From Candidatus Aminicenantes bacterium (lineage in GTDB: Bacteria; Acidobacteriota; Aminicenantia; Aminicenantales; Saccharicenantaceae), in contig CAVQXL010000004.1 of assembly GCA_963717865.1 (NCBI GenBank), forward strand, positions 1,570,006 to 1,634,005: DNA of 64,000 nt, given 5' to 3'. A program made the position numbers and the translations under genes. This document shows positions 1 to 9,582 of the stretch, piece after piece. Each line of letters begins with the position of its first letter. The stretch's first letter is position 1. The notes beneath the pieces were generated by a model. It was given only the letters and a program-made list of their open reading frames with translations, had not been told where the DNA came from and searched no databases.

Positions 1-237
1 TGTTTATCGACAGGCCCTCTCGATCGCCAAACAAACGTATGCCATATACAAGCTCAAGGTGACTCCCTACATTGCAAAACTCGGGATCATGTCCATAGCA
101 GGCAGGGTCTATGGGACCGCAATGGGGAATGATAATCGGGTCACCGGCCAAATATACGTTTATTAGCTGAGTCCAGGGTTGACCTGAGCCCATTCTCCAG
201 GAATTCATGGGATGATCCGCCATAGGGAGGGAATCCT

Positions 238-801
238 ATGTTCCTGATCCCTCTTTTAATAGGATTTGCTTTCAACTGGGCAAGCGCGTTTACCCATTTC
301 TATTCACGGCGCTGGGGCGATCGCCGCGGACGGCTGGTGACGTTCATCACGCGAAACCTCCTGGGCATTCCGGTCTGGGCGTTCGGCATCGTCTTGGCCG
401 CAAGGGAACCCGCCTCGGCCTTTTTTGCACCCGGACCGGTCATCGAGGCGCTGGCCTGGGGGCTTCTCGTCCTCGGGACGGTTCTGATGGTCTGGGCCCT
501 CGTTCTTCTCCGGTTGAGGTCTTTCCGGCCGACCGAGAATGACACACTGGTCGCGCGAGGCGTGTACAAACATATCCGCCATCCGATCTACAGCGGTCTC
601 CTCCTGGATTTCATCGCGCTGTTCCTGATGCACCCCTCGGCGCCGATCCTCGCGGCCTGCGCCCTTGGCTGGGGTTTCGTCCTCGTCCAAGCCCGGCTTG
701 AGGAAAAGGACCTGGCGCAGAGAATTCCGGCGTACCCGCAGGCCATGGCCCGGGTCCCTCGCTTTTTCCCCCGTTTTAGGGAAGGAAGGGACATCGAGTA
801 G
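238..801 (+). CDS. Isoprenylcysteine carboxyl methyltransferase (ICMT/PEMT)-family membrane protein
   Basis: Hydrophobic 187 aa ORF with LVARGVYKHIRHPIYSG and EE..L....Y...VPRFFP motifs; GGAGG RBS upstream. Confidence 0.85.
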   Translation: MFLIPLLIGFAFNWASAFTHFYSRRWGDRRGRLVTFITRNLLGIPVWAFGIVLAAREPASAFFAPGPVIEALAWGLLVLGTVLMVWALVLLRLRSFRPTENDTLVARGVYKHIRHPIYSGLLLDFIALFLMHPSAPILAACALGWGFVLVQARLEEKDLAQRIPAYPQAMARVPRFFPRFREGRDIE

Positions 802-992
802 AAGTGTCGGAAAAACGCGGTTCTGTCGTGGCCCGCGGAATCCAGCGTTACTTGAAAATCGGCTCTAGCCCTTGTATGGCATCCCGTTTGCCAAATCTGT
901 GCCGAAAAAAAACGGCTAAACTCGCCTAAACGTGCTTAAGGATGATTAAAGAGAGAGACCGAAAAACCGGATGATTATCAGAGGAAGACCAA

Positions 993-1078
993 TGCCGGAG
1001 GAGGGGATCGAACCCACACCCGAGTTGCCCCGGACGGGATTTTGAGTCCCGCGCGTCTGCCAGTTCCGCCACTCCGGC
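993..1078 (-). tRNA. tRNA-Leu(CAA)
   Basis: Reverse complement GCCGGAGTGGCGGAACTGGCAGACGCGCGGGACTCAAAATCCCG...GGTTCGATCCCCTCCTCCGGCA; cloverleaf with long variable arm, anticodon CAA, CCA not encoded. Confidence 0.95.
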
Positions 1079-1173
1079 GCGCCGGACAGAATATAGACGA
1101 AATCCCCCGGCTTTTCAATGCTCCGTTTGACCTTCCGGTCCCTTTTTGATTACAATCTCTGCGGTAAGGACAC

Positions 1174-2183
1174 ATGCGCGCACTCAAGCCGGAAAGAGAC
1201 AAGCTCCTCGGATACGTCGACCGGTTCGAGGGCCTGAGGATCGGCGTCTGGGGCGACCTCATCCTCGACGAGCATCTCTACGGAACGACCCGGCGCATCT
1301 CGCGCGAGGCCCCGGTCCTCATCCTGACCTACCAGGACCAGGAATATTCCCTGGGCGGCGCGGGAAACGCCATCCAGAACCTAAAGGCCCTGGGGGCGTT
1401 CCCGGTTCCCGTCGGCGTCGTCGGCCGGGACGCGGCGGGCCGCAGGGTACTGGGACTTCTGAGGTCCAAGGGCGTCCCGACCGATCGGATCATCCCGGAA
1501 AGAGCCTACCGGACGCCCGTGAAGACGAGGATCATGGCCGGCGAGGAGAACACTCGCAAACAGCAGATCCTGCGCATCGACCGCGAAGGCCGGGTCCCCG
1601 ACTCCGCCGCCCTGGCGGGGCGGATCCGCAAGGCCGTCGGCTCCGTCATCCGGGATTGCGCCGCCCTCCTCGTTTCCGATTACAGCTATGACACCGTCAA
1701 GGAAGCCGTCTATGCGGGATCCTGGCCGAGGCCGCGGCGGCCCGCGTCCCCGTCACCGTCGATTCGCGGTTCCGGCTGATGGACTTCGCGGGGGCGACGA
1801 TCGCGACCCCGAACGAGTCCGAGGTCGAGGCGGCCTTCAAGGTCGCGTCCGGCGGGAAGGGCGCGTCCCTATACGAGGCGTCGGCGAAGGTCATGCGGAA
1901 GCTCCGCTCCCCCGCCCTGCTCGTAACCCGCGGCTCGCGGGGCATGGTCCTCTTCGAGAAGGGAAGGCCCCCCTTCCCCATCCCCGTCCGGGGTACGACC
2001 GACATCGTCGACGTGACCGGAGCCGGCGACACCGTCATCAGCGTCTTCACCCTGGCCCTGGCGGCCGGGGCCTCGTTCCGCGAGGCCGCCGAGCTCGCCA
2101 ACTTCGCCGGCGGCGTCGTCGTCATGAAGAAGGGCGCCGCCATGCTCAGCCCGCGGGAGCTCAGACAGGCGATCCTATCTTGA
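1174..2183 (+). CDS. hldA: D-glycero-beta-D-manno-heptose-7-phosphate kinase (RfaE domain I / HldA), one frameshift near 1720
   Basis: [39 protein letters not shown]; ORFs 1174-1779 and 1779-2183 join. Confidence 0.88.
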
Positions 2184-2671
2184 AACCCAGGAAACTCCGG
2201 ACCCTCGCCGAGCTCGGGAAGATCGTCGCCGCCGAAAAGCGCCGCGGGCGGCGCGTCGTCCTGGCCAACGGCTGTTTCGACCTCATCCATGTCGGCCACG
2301 TCCGGTACCTCCGGGGCGCCGCCGCGATGGGCGACGTCCTCGTCGTGGCCTTGAACAGCGATGCCTCGGTGAGGGCCCTCAAGGGGCCCGGGCGGCCGCT
2401 CATGCCGCAGGGCGAGAGGGCCGAGATCCTCTCGGCGCTCGAATGCGTCGACTACGTCACGATCTTTCCGGAACGCAACGTCGAAAAGGTCCTCCGCGCC
2501 CTTCGCCCGAACGTTCACGCCAAAGGCTCGGATTATACGGTCCAGACGGTCCCGGAACGGGAGACCGTCAAGGCCCTGGGCGGCGAAGTTTGCATCGCCG
2601 GCGGGCCCAAGGTCCGCTCGACCCGGGACGTCGTCCGGCTCGTCGCGGGACGGAAGGACACGCATGGATAA
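2180..2671 (+). CDS. hldC: Heptose-1-phosphate adenylyltransferase (RfaE domain II / HldC)
   Basis: [32 protein letters not shown]; TTG start overlaps the upstream stop. Confidence 0.88.
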   Translation: MKPRKLRTLAELGKIVAAEKRRGRRVVLANGCFDLIHVGHVRYLRGAAAMGDVLVVALNSDASVRALKGPGRPLMPQGERAEILSALECVDYVTIFPERNVEKVLRALRPNVHAKGSDYTVQTVPERETVKALGGEVCIAGGPKVRSTRDVVRLVAGRKDTHG

Positions 2672-3658
2672 CGCTTCCTCATCATCCGGCTGAGCTCGCT
2701 CGGGGATATCATCCATGCCCTTCCCGCCTTCGCGGTCCTGCGCAAGGGATTCCCCGAGGCTCGGCTGGCGTGGGTCGTCGGGGACGCCGGCAGGGAGATC
2801 CTGGAGCTCGTGCCCGGGATCGACGAGGTCATCGTCCGGGGCGAGATCAACTGGTTCCGGAGGCTCCGGCGGCGGGACCGGACCGTCCTCGATCTCCAGG
2901 GATTGCTGAAGTCCGCGATCCTCGGCCGGCTCTCGGGGGCTCGCCGTCGGATCGGGTTCTCGAGAAGAAACCTCAAGGAGCCCGCGGCGGCGGTCTTCTA
3001 CACCGAAAGGCTCGAGGCGTTCGAGGAGACCGGCCACGTCATCGCCAAGAACATCCGCCTGCTCGAAAAGCTCGGCCTGCGTCCGGGAACGGAGGACTAC
3101 GAATTTCCCCTCGTCATCCCCGAAACCTCCCGATGCCGCGCCGCGGTCGCCCTCGAACGGCTGGGCCGGACGCCGGAGCAGAAGGTCGTCCTGTGCAACG
3201 TCGGGGCGGCGTGGGAGAGCAAGCGGTGGCCGGCCGAACGGTGGATCGAGCTCATCCCGGCGATCGCCCGGAAGGACCTCTTCCCCGTCCTGCTCTGGGG
3301 GAACGGGCCCGAGAAGGCGACCGCTCTCGCGATCGCGGACCGGACGGGCGTCCCCGCGGCCCCGTTCTTCACCATCCCCGAGGTCCTGGCTGTCATCGCG
3401 GCCTCCGGCCTGCTCATCAGCGGGGACACCTTCGCCCTGCAGGCGGCCTGCGCCCTGGACGTTCCGGTCGTCGCCCTGTTCGGCCCGACCAACCCGAAGC
3501 GCAACGGCCCGTTCCGGGAGCGGGACAGGACAGCCCAGGTCCCTATGGATTGCCGCCCGTGTTGGAAGCGGGATTGTCCGACCACCGCCTGCATGAGCGG
3601 CATATCCGCCGCGGAGGTCGCGAAGCTCGTCGGGGAGGTCCTGGACCGGAATGTCTGA
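2664..3658 (+). CDS. LPS heptosyltransferase (GT9, WaaC-like), frameshift just after the start
   Basis: [33 protein letters not shown]. Confidence 0.85.
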
Positions 3659-4214
3659 CCGAAGGCTCCGCGGGGTCCTCTACCGCTGGCGGGTCCGGGC
3701 CGGAACGCCCGCGCTCGTCGGAGCCCTCGTTCTCGCCCGCCCCAACTGGGAAAGCCTCGCCACCGGGATGATCCTGGGCCTCCTCGGGCTCTGCCTGCGG
3801 GCCTGGGCCGCGGGACACCTCCGGAAAGAAAAGGAGCTGGCGGTCTCCGGGCCTTACCGATTCACGCGGAATCCCCTCTACCTCGGCACCATCCTCATTG
3901 CGGCGGGCATGGCCTCCGCGGCCCGTTCCTGGGGAGCGGCCGCCCTGCTGGCGGGCTACCTCGCCGTTTTTTATCCGGCCATCATCTGGGAGGAAAGGGA
4001 CCGGATGAGGGCGCTTTTCCCGAAAGCCTATGAAGCCTACGAACGGGCCGTGCCGCTCTTTCTTCCGGTCCCCGGCAGGACGGGTGCCGGCAGCGGGGCC
4101 CGTTTCGACGGGACGCTCTTCCGCAAGAACAAGGAGCTCCGAGCCGTCCTCGGGACAGTCGCTTTCTGGGGCCTGCTTCTCCTGAAGATGCTCTTCGTCC
4201 GCTGGCCGCTCTAG
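3651..4214 (+). CDS. ICMT/Ste14-family membrane methyltransferase
   Basis: LAVSGPYRFTRNPLYLG, EE....F...Y..Y...VPLFLP; start overlaps the heptosyltransferase stop. Confidence 0.85.
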   Translation: MSDRRLRGVLYRWRVRAGTPALVGALVLARPNWESLATGMILGLLGLCLRAWAAGHLRKEKELAVSGPYRFTRNPLYLGTILIAAGMASAARSWGAAALLAGYLAVFYPAIIWEERDRMRALFPKAYEAYERAVPLFLPVPGRTGAGSGARFDGTLFRKNKELRAVLGTVAFWGLLLLKMLFVRWPL

Positions 4215-4223
4215 CCCCTGCGG

Positions 4224-4252
4224 TTGCATCCCCTATCCCGGTTTGTTATAAC
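4224..4252 (+). promoter_or_regulatory. Sigma70-type promoter of trmH
   Basis: TTGCAT-N17-TATAAC with extended TG; ATG lies 6 nt downstream. Confidence 0.6.
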
Positions 4253-4258
4253 GTCCCC

Positions 4259-4858
4259 ATGGCGACCGACAAGAGGATCGAGAGGATCGAGGGTGTCCTG
4301 TCCAGGCGCCAGCCGGACCTCCGGGTGGTCCTCGAGGGAGTGACCATCGCCCACAACGCCAGCGCCGTCATCCGGACCTGCGACGCGGCGGGCATCCTCT
4401 ACCTCGATCTCATCTCGCCGAACCCCGAGCTTCTCCATTTCAACGAGGCCATCACGACCCGGACGGAGAAATGGCTCGAGATCGGGGTCCATGCCTCGGC
4501 CTCGGAGTGTCTCGCCGGCCTCAAGGCGCGGGGATTCGCGATCGTCGCGACACGATTGTCGGAGGATGCGGTCCCCTACACCGAGCCGGACTACGGCCGG
4601 CCGACGGCCCTTGTCTTCGGGAGCGAATCGAACGGGATCTCCGACGAGGCCCTCGCCTTCGCCGACAAGGTCATCCGGATCCCCATGGTGGGCATGGTCC
4701 AGAGCCTCAACCTCTCCGTCTCCGTGGCCATCGTCCTCTACGAGGCCTTCCGGCAGAGGCAGGCCCTGGGCCATTTCGACGGGACCCGCCTCGAGCCGGC
4801 CGACTTCGAGGCCCTCAAGGCGAAGTGGATCGAGAATTCGAAGCCCGTAAAAAAGTAG
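4259..4858 (+). CDS. trmH: tRNA (guanosine-18-2'-O)-methyltransferase, SpoU family
   Basis: HNASAVIRTCDA, VFGSESNG, IPMVGMVQSLNLSV. Confidence 0.88.
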   Translation: MATDKRIERIEGVLSRRQPDLRVVLEGVTIAHNASAVIRTCDAAGILYLDLISPNPELLHFNEAITTRTEKWLEIGVHASASECLAGLKARGFAIVATRLSEDAVPYTEPDYGRPTALVFGSESNGISDEALAFADKVIRIPMVGMVQSLNLSVSVAIVLYEAFRQRQALGHFDGTRLEPADFEALKAKWIENSKPVKK

Positions 4859-4892
4859 GGGGACGGGAACTCACGGTCCCCGTCCCCCTTTT
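4858..4892. terminator. Intrinsic terminator between convergent genes, probably bidirectional
   Basis: GGGGGACGGG...CCCGTCCCCC hairpin followed by TTTT, with an A-run upstream. Confidence 0.7.
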
Positions 4893-4922
4893 GAGAGATG
4901 GATACAGGAGCAGGCGAATTAT

Positions 4923-6578
4923 CTAGATCTTCCTCACCGTCCGGGTGAAGACGGATCTCAGGTTCCTGGCGGCCGACCTGGCCTTTCCGGCCATGGCTTC
5001 CAGCTCGGCGTCGAGCTTGTTCACGTCCCGGGTCGCGCCCCGGGAGAAGCCCTCGCCCAGCTTGTCGGCGTAGGCCCTCGCGGATTCACTGTAGGCCATG
5101 AGGCGGTCCCGGGCCTCGCCCGGCACCGTCCAGCCGATGACCCCGCCGCTCTCCTCTTCTTCGACCTCGACGTCGACGGAGACGGCCTTCTTGTCCCGCA
5201 GGACCTCGAGCTTGATCTTGTCGCCCTTCTTCTTGTCCTGGACGGCCCCGCTCAGCTCGCTGACCGTTTCCACGCGCCGGCCTTCGGCCTTGACGATGAC
5301 GTCACCGACCTTGAGGCCGGCTTTTTCCGCGGGTCCCTTCGCCGTCAGCCGGTTGACCAGGAGTCCGGTCCCGTCCTTGACCCCGAAAAAGGCGGACATC
5401 TCTTCGTTCAATTCGTCCAGATAGACGCCGATGTACTTCCGGCGTTCCCACGAGAATTCCCGGCTCTTGGGCTCCATGGGGGCCCTGGGCGCGATCCCGG
5501 GCCTCCGGGGCGCGACGAAAGGCCTCGGCGCGCCGGGGGCGAAGAGCCCCGGGAACTTGAGCTCCATTTCGCGGCGGGCTTCGTTCTCCGGATACTCGCC
5601 CAGCTTGACCTTGACGTCCATCGGCTTCCCGTCCCGCTCGATCCTCACGGTGACGTCCTCGCCGGGCCTTCTCTTCCGGATCTCGGAAGCCAGCCTCGCC
5701 GCGCTCGTGATCTCCTTGCCGTCGAGGGCGAGGATGACGTCGCCTTCCTTGAGCTTGGCCAGTCTCGGCCGGGCTCTCATCGTCGATGCCGACGACCTCG
5801 ATCCTTTCGTTCTCGTTCTCCCCGATGGACAACCCGATCCAGCCTCTCTGGACCTTCCCCTTGTCCCTGATCTCGGAGGAGACCTTCCTGACGATATCCA
5901 TCGGAACGGCCAGCGCCATCCCCGAGGAAGGAGCTTCGGCCTGGCTGAAGACGAAACCGGAGCCCACCTGTTCCTTGTCGCGGAACTCGAACACGACGGG
6001 CCTGTCCTCGGTATAGATCCCGCGCAGGAGGCCGATCATCCGGCCGTTCTCATCGACGACCGGACCGCCGCTCGAGCCCGGCGTGACCCAGATGTTCAGC
6101 CTCAGCCTCTCTTCGGAGACCGAGCTGACGATGCCCTGGGTGACCGCGGGCGTCATTTCCGGCGAGACGCTGACGACCGCTATCCAGGCCCCCGGAACGA
6201 CGTCCCCGGCCTCCCCCATAGCCAGGGGCGGAAGGCCCTTGTCCTTGGCCCGGACGACCGCCAGATGGGTCTCGGGATCGAACCCGAGGAATTCGGCCTC
6301 GATCTTCCGCCCGTCCCCCGTGACGACGGAGATCTTCTCGTCGCGCGGAGAGATGAGGGCCGTCGTCAGGATGAGGCCGTCCTTGTCGATGACGACCCCG
6401 GTGGCGATCCTGCGGGTCCCGTTCCGGGCTTCGACCCGGACGACGGACGGATAGACTTTTTTGGCGAGGGCGGCGATGTCCCTCTCGATGGCGGGGCCTC
6501 CGGCGGCGTCCGCCCCCAGGTTCATCACCAGGGAGAGCGACGGCCGCCAGGACCAGCCCGACGGGTTCTCATTCTCAT
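4923..6578 (-). CDS. HtrA/DegP-like trypsin-fold protein with two PDZ domains (frameshifts near 6560 and 5760)
   Basis: PSVVRV, TGVVIDKDGLILTT, PGSSGGP, RGWIG, GPAEKAGLKVGDVI. Confidence 0.8.
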
Positions 6579-6598
6579 GTTCACGGCGTTCAACCTCC

Positions 6599-6972
6599 TC
6601 AATAGGTGATCTCCCGAGGCGAGGCCTCGGAGACCTGCTCCAGTATGTATATCGTCCGCGGCTCGGAGGACGCGTTCCGGTATTCGGACGAATAGTCCAG
6701 GGTCTCCATGACGGGAACGGCTTCCGACGGCCTCCCCGCCAGCCGGACCGTTGCGTCGGACCCCTTGTCGCCGGCCCGGTCGAGGACGAAGACGCCCCCA
6801 AGGACGACCGCCGCCAGAAGCACGGCGGCCCCGCCGGCATAGGCGAATCGCCAGGTCCGCCGCGAGCTCCGCCGCAGGTCTTTCCGGCGGGCGAGCTCGG
6901 TCAGGACCCGATGCTCGAACCCGGCCGGAGCCGCGACCCTATCCATCGTTCGAACAGATCACGCTCTTCCAT
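6599..6972 (-). CDS. Single-pass membrane putative anti-sigma factor
   Basis: Small protein with one TM helix, between the ECF sigma and the HtrA-like gene; frameshift near the start. Confidence 0.55.
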
Positions 6973-7545
6973 GTTGTCTCACCTCTTTCTCCGCGGGACC
7001 GGCGTCCGCGCCCCGGGCGCTTCTCGAGCATCTTCCTCAGGTATTCCCTTCCCCGGCTGATCCTGGCCTTGACCGTCCCCACCGGTCTCTTGATGATCCG
7101 GGCGATCTCTTCCTGGGAAAAGCCCTCCATGTCCTTGAGGACGACGGGTATCCGGTATCTCGGATGCAGGGCTTCCAGGGCCTCCCGAAGGTTCCGGACC
7201 AGGCCCGGGTCCGGGGGGTCCTGGGAATAGGTGCCGGCGTCATAGCTGTTCGGGAGCGTCGTCGAGCGAGACCGTCGCCATCCGCCGGCGCTTCCGGGCG
7301 TCCGTTTTGGCCAGATTGGAGGCGATGGCGTAGATCCAGGAGGACAGGGGCGCGATAGGCTTGTACTTGTCGGCCTTGAAGTAAACCCGGAGGAATGTCT
7401 CCTGGGAGAGATCGACCGCCCTCTGGTAGTCGCGCGTGAATTGGTACAGATAGTTCACGATCCTGTCCTTATAGATCTCCATGATCCTGGCGAACGCCGC
7501 CTCGTCTCCATCCCGCACCCGCAGGATCAGCTCTTGTTCATCCAT
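6939..7545 (-). CDS. ECF RNA polymerase sigma factor (frameshift near 7240)
   Basis: GDEAAF, DLSQETFLRVY, SWIYAIASN, EGFSQEEIARII..PVGTVKARISRGRE. Confidence 0.85.
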
Positions 7546-7613
7546 TCTCGTTCCCTTAAACTCCCGTCCCTGGGGAATCGTTGCATGCCCGAGGGGGGCC
7601 GGGCACGCTCAAA

Positions 7614-7642
7614 TTCTATGATCTTCGGACCGGATTGGCAAT
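7614..7642 (-). promoter_or_regulatory. Sigma70-type promoter of the ECF/anti-sigma/HtrA operon
   Basis: TTGCCA-N17-TAGAAT on the minus strand. Confidence 0.5.
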
Positions 7643-7725
7643 CGCCTCTCGCCCCGGCCGGACCGGCTTCCCCGGCCCCGGTTGACACGCCCCCGGGCCC
7701 GTTAATAAAATGGGGGCACGCAAAA

Positions 7726-7753
7726 GGAACTTTTTCCCCGGCTAATGCGTCAA
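7726..7753 (+). promoter_or_regulatory. ECF (sigmaE/W-type) promoter, likely autoregulatory
   Basis: GGAACTT...CGTCAA directly upstream of the ECF gene; a sigma70-like TTGACA..TAAAAT also occurs at 7682-7711. Confidence 0.65.
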
Positions 7754-7767
7754 CCAAGGTGAATTGA

Positions 7768-8322
7768 GTGGATTTGAACACGGTCGTAAGGGAATGTTTG
7801 AACGGCGACAGGAGCGCCTGGGAAATGCTCGTTAACGCCTATTCGAAGAAGGTCTTCAACCTGGCCTACCAGTTCTCGGGGAGCCGCCAGGAGGCCGAGG
7901 ACATGACCCAGGAGATCTTCCTCAAGCTGTACGGCTCCCTGGGGAAATACGATTTCGGCCGGAATTTCACCGCCTGGCTCCTGACCCTGGCCAAGAACCA
8001 CCTCATCGACGAGTACCGGCGGACCCGATGGGAACGGACTCAGAGGGACGAGTTCGACGAAAGGACGATGACCCAGGCGGCGTTCGACGGCCCCGAGAAG
8101 AGCCTCGCCCGCGAGGAGGACCGAAAAACCGTTTGGAAAGCCCTCGACGGCCTGTCCCCGGAGATCCGGGTGACCGTCATCCTCCGGGACATCCAGGGCC
8201 TGACCTACGAGGAGATCGCCGACAACCTCCGCCTCCCCCTGGGCACGATAAAATCCAGGGTGAATCGGGGCCGGCTTCAGCTGGCCGCGATCTTGAGGCC
8301 GGGCAAAGGAGCAGGAGCATGA
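7768..8322 (+). CDS. ECF RNA polymerase sigma factor
   Basis: AEDMTQEIFLK, FTAWLLTLAKN, GLTYEEIA..L.LPLGTIKSRVNRGR. Confidence 0.9.
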   Translation: MDLNTVVRECLNGDRSAWEMLVNAYSKKVFNLAYQFSGSRQEAEDMTQEIFLKLYGSLGKYDFGRNFTAWLLTLAKNHLIDEYRRTRWERTQRDEFDERTMTQAAFDGPEKSLAREEDRKTVWKALDGLSPEIRVTVILRDIQGLTYEEIADNLRLPLGTIKSRVNRGRLQLAAILRPGKGAGA

Positions 8323-8822
8323 CCGGGACCCATCTGGAAGACATGCTTTCGGCCTACCTCGATGGCGAGCTCGACGGCCCGCGGAAGGCGGACGTCGAAG
8401 CCCACCTCGCCGGCTGTTCCGAATGCGCCTCCCTGCTCGAGGCCATGCGGGACGCCCGGGACGCTCTGGCATCCCTGCCGGAGCTCGAGCCCTCGCCCGA
8501 GCTTCTCGGCCGGCTCTACGCCATCCCGGAGCGAAAGAAGAAGTTCCGCCTTGTCCGGGACTTCCTGCTCCGCCCCTCGCTCCAGCCGGTATTCGCCGGG
8601 GCGACGGGCCTGATGGTTTTCCTTTCGTTCCTGGCCTTCAGCCCGGCCGGCCATTCGCTCCAGAAGAGCTTCATCCGTCAGGTTCACGCGGGTTACGGCC
8701 GGGCCGAAAAGCTCTACGCCAAGGCGTCCGCCATCCCGGACGAGATCGGGGCCCGCAAGGAAAGTCTCCTCGGCTCGCTCAGGAGCGTCGACATCCTGAG
8801 AACGGGCGGGGAACAGGAATAA
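8319..8822 (+). CDS. Zinc-binding (zf-HC2/ZAS) anti-sigma factor
   Basis: LSAYLDGEL...HLAGCSEC (HxxxCxxC) plus a TM helix; ATGA overlap with the sigma gene. Confidence 0.85.
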   Translation: MTGTHLEDMLSAYLDGELDGPRKADVEAHLAGCSECASLLEAMRDARDALASLPELEPSPELLGRLYAIPERKKKFRLVRDFLLRPSLQPVFAGATGLMVFLSFLAFSPAGHSLQKSFIRQVHAGYGRAEKLYAKASAIPDEIGARKESLLGSLRSVDILRTGGEQE

Positions 8823-8850
8823 AGAATCAACGATCACATGGAGGATTGAC

Positions 8851-9348
8851 ATGGAAGAAAAGATCATCATCCAGAAGAGGCCGCCGAAGTCTCCGGCTTT
8901 GGCGGGCATCCTGGCCGGCCTCTTCCCGTTCGGGATCGGGGCCATGTACAACGGTTTGTACGTCAAGGGGCTCGTCTACCTGTTCATTTTCGCCGGTCTG
9001 GTGACCGTCCAGGGCCACGGCAAAGGCCAGCCGTTCTTCGGCCTGATCCTGGCGGGGTTCTACTTCTACCAGATCATCGAGTCCGTCCAGACGGCGTCGG
9101 CCATCAACCGCCGCGCCCTGACGGGCAAGGAGGACGAGATGGTCACGGTCGAGGACCAGATCCTCGAGCCGGCGAAGGCCGGGTCCATATTCTGGGGGGC
9201 GGTGCTCGTCGTCCTGGGCGCCCTCCTTCTCCTGGCCAACTTCGACGTCATCGACTACGACGTCCTGTTCGACTTCTGGCCGCTGGCCGTCATCGGCCTC
9301 GGCGTCAAGCTCGTCTTCGACCACTTCGCCCGGGCGAAGAAGGCCTAG
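8851..9348 (+). CDS. Membrane protein with TM2-like N-terminus and LiaF/DUF5668-like C-terminus
   Basis: KSPALAGILAGLFPFGIGAMYNG; FWGAVLVVLGALLLLAN...FWPLAVIGLG. Confidence 0.65.
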   Translation: MEEKIIIQKRPPKSPALAGILAGLFPFGIGAMYNGLYVKGLVYLFIFAGLVTVQGHGKGQPFFGLILAGFYFYQIIESVQTASAINRRALTGKEDEMVTVEDQILEPAKAGSIFWGAVLVVLGALLLLANFDVIDYDVLFDFWPLAVIGLGVKLVFDHFARAKKA

Positions 9349-9362
9349 CTCAGGAGGAAGCC

Positions 9363-9578
9363 ATGACACGAAAGGCACGCAGAGATACACTCGTCTGGGG
9401 ATTCATCCTCATCGCCATCGGCATCGTCTTCCTGCTCGACACGCTGGACGTCGAAGTCTGGGATTCGGTGGCCCGGCTCTGGCCGCTCATCCTCATCTTC
9501 TGGGGCGGCTGGAAGCTCTACTTCGGCATCAAGGAACGGAACGAGGCCGCGAAGACCGGGAAGACCGAAGGGGTCTAA
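9363..9578 (+). CDS. Small LiaF/DUF5668-like membrane protein
   Basis: WGFILIAIGIVFLL...LWPLILIFWG. Confidence 0.65.
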   Translation: MTRKARRDTLVWGFILIAIGIVFLLDTLDVEVWDSVARLWPLILIFWGGWKLYFGIKERNEAAKTGKTEGV

Positions 9579-9582
9579 GGTC

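Noticed and set aside
2-62. Possible 3' end of a gene entering the window (VYRQALSIAKQTYAIYSSR*)
   Set aside because: Too short to support a call.
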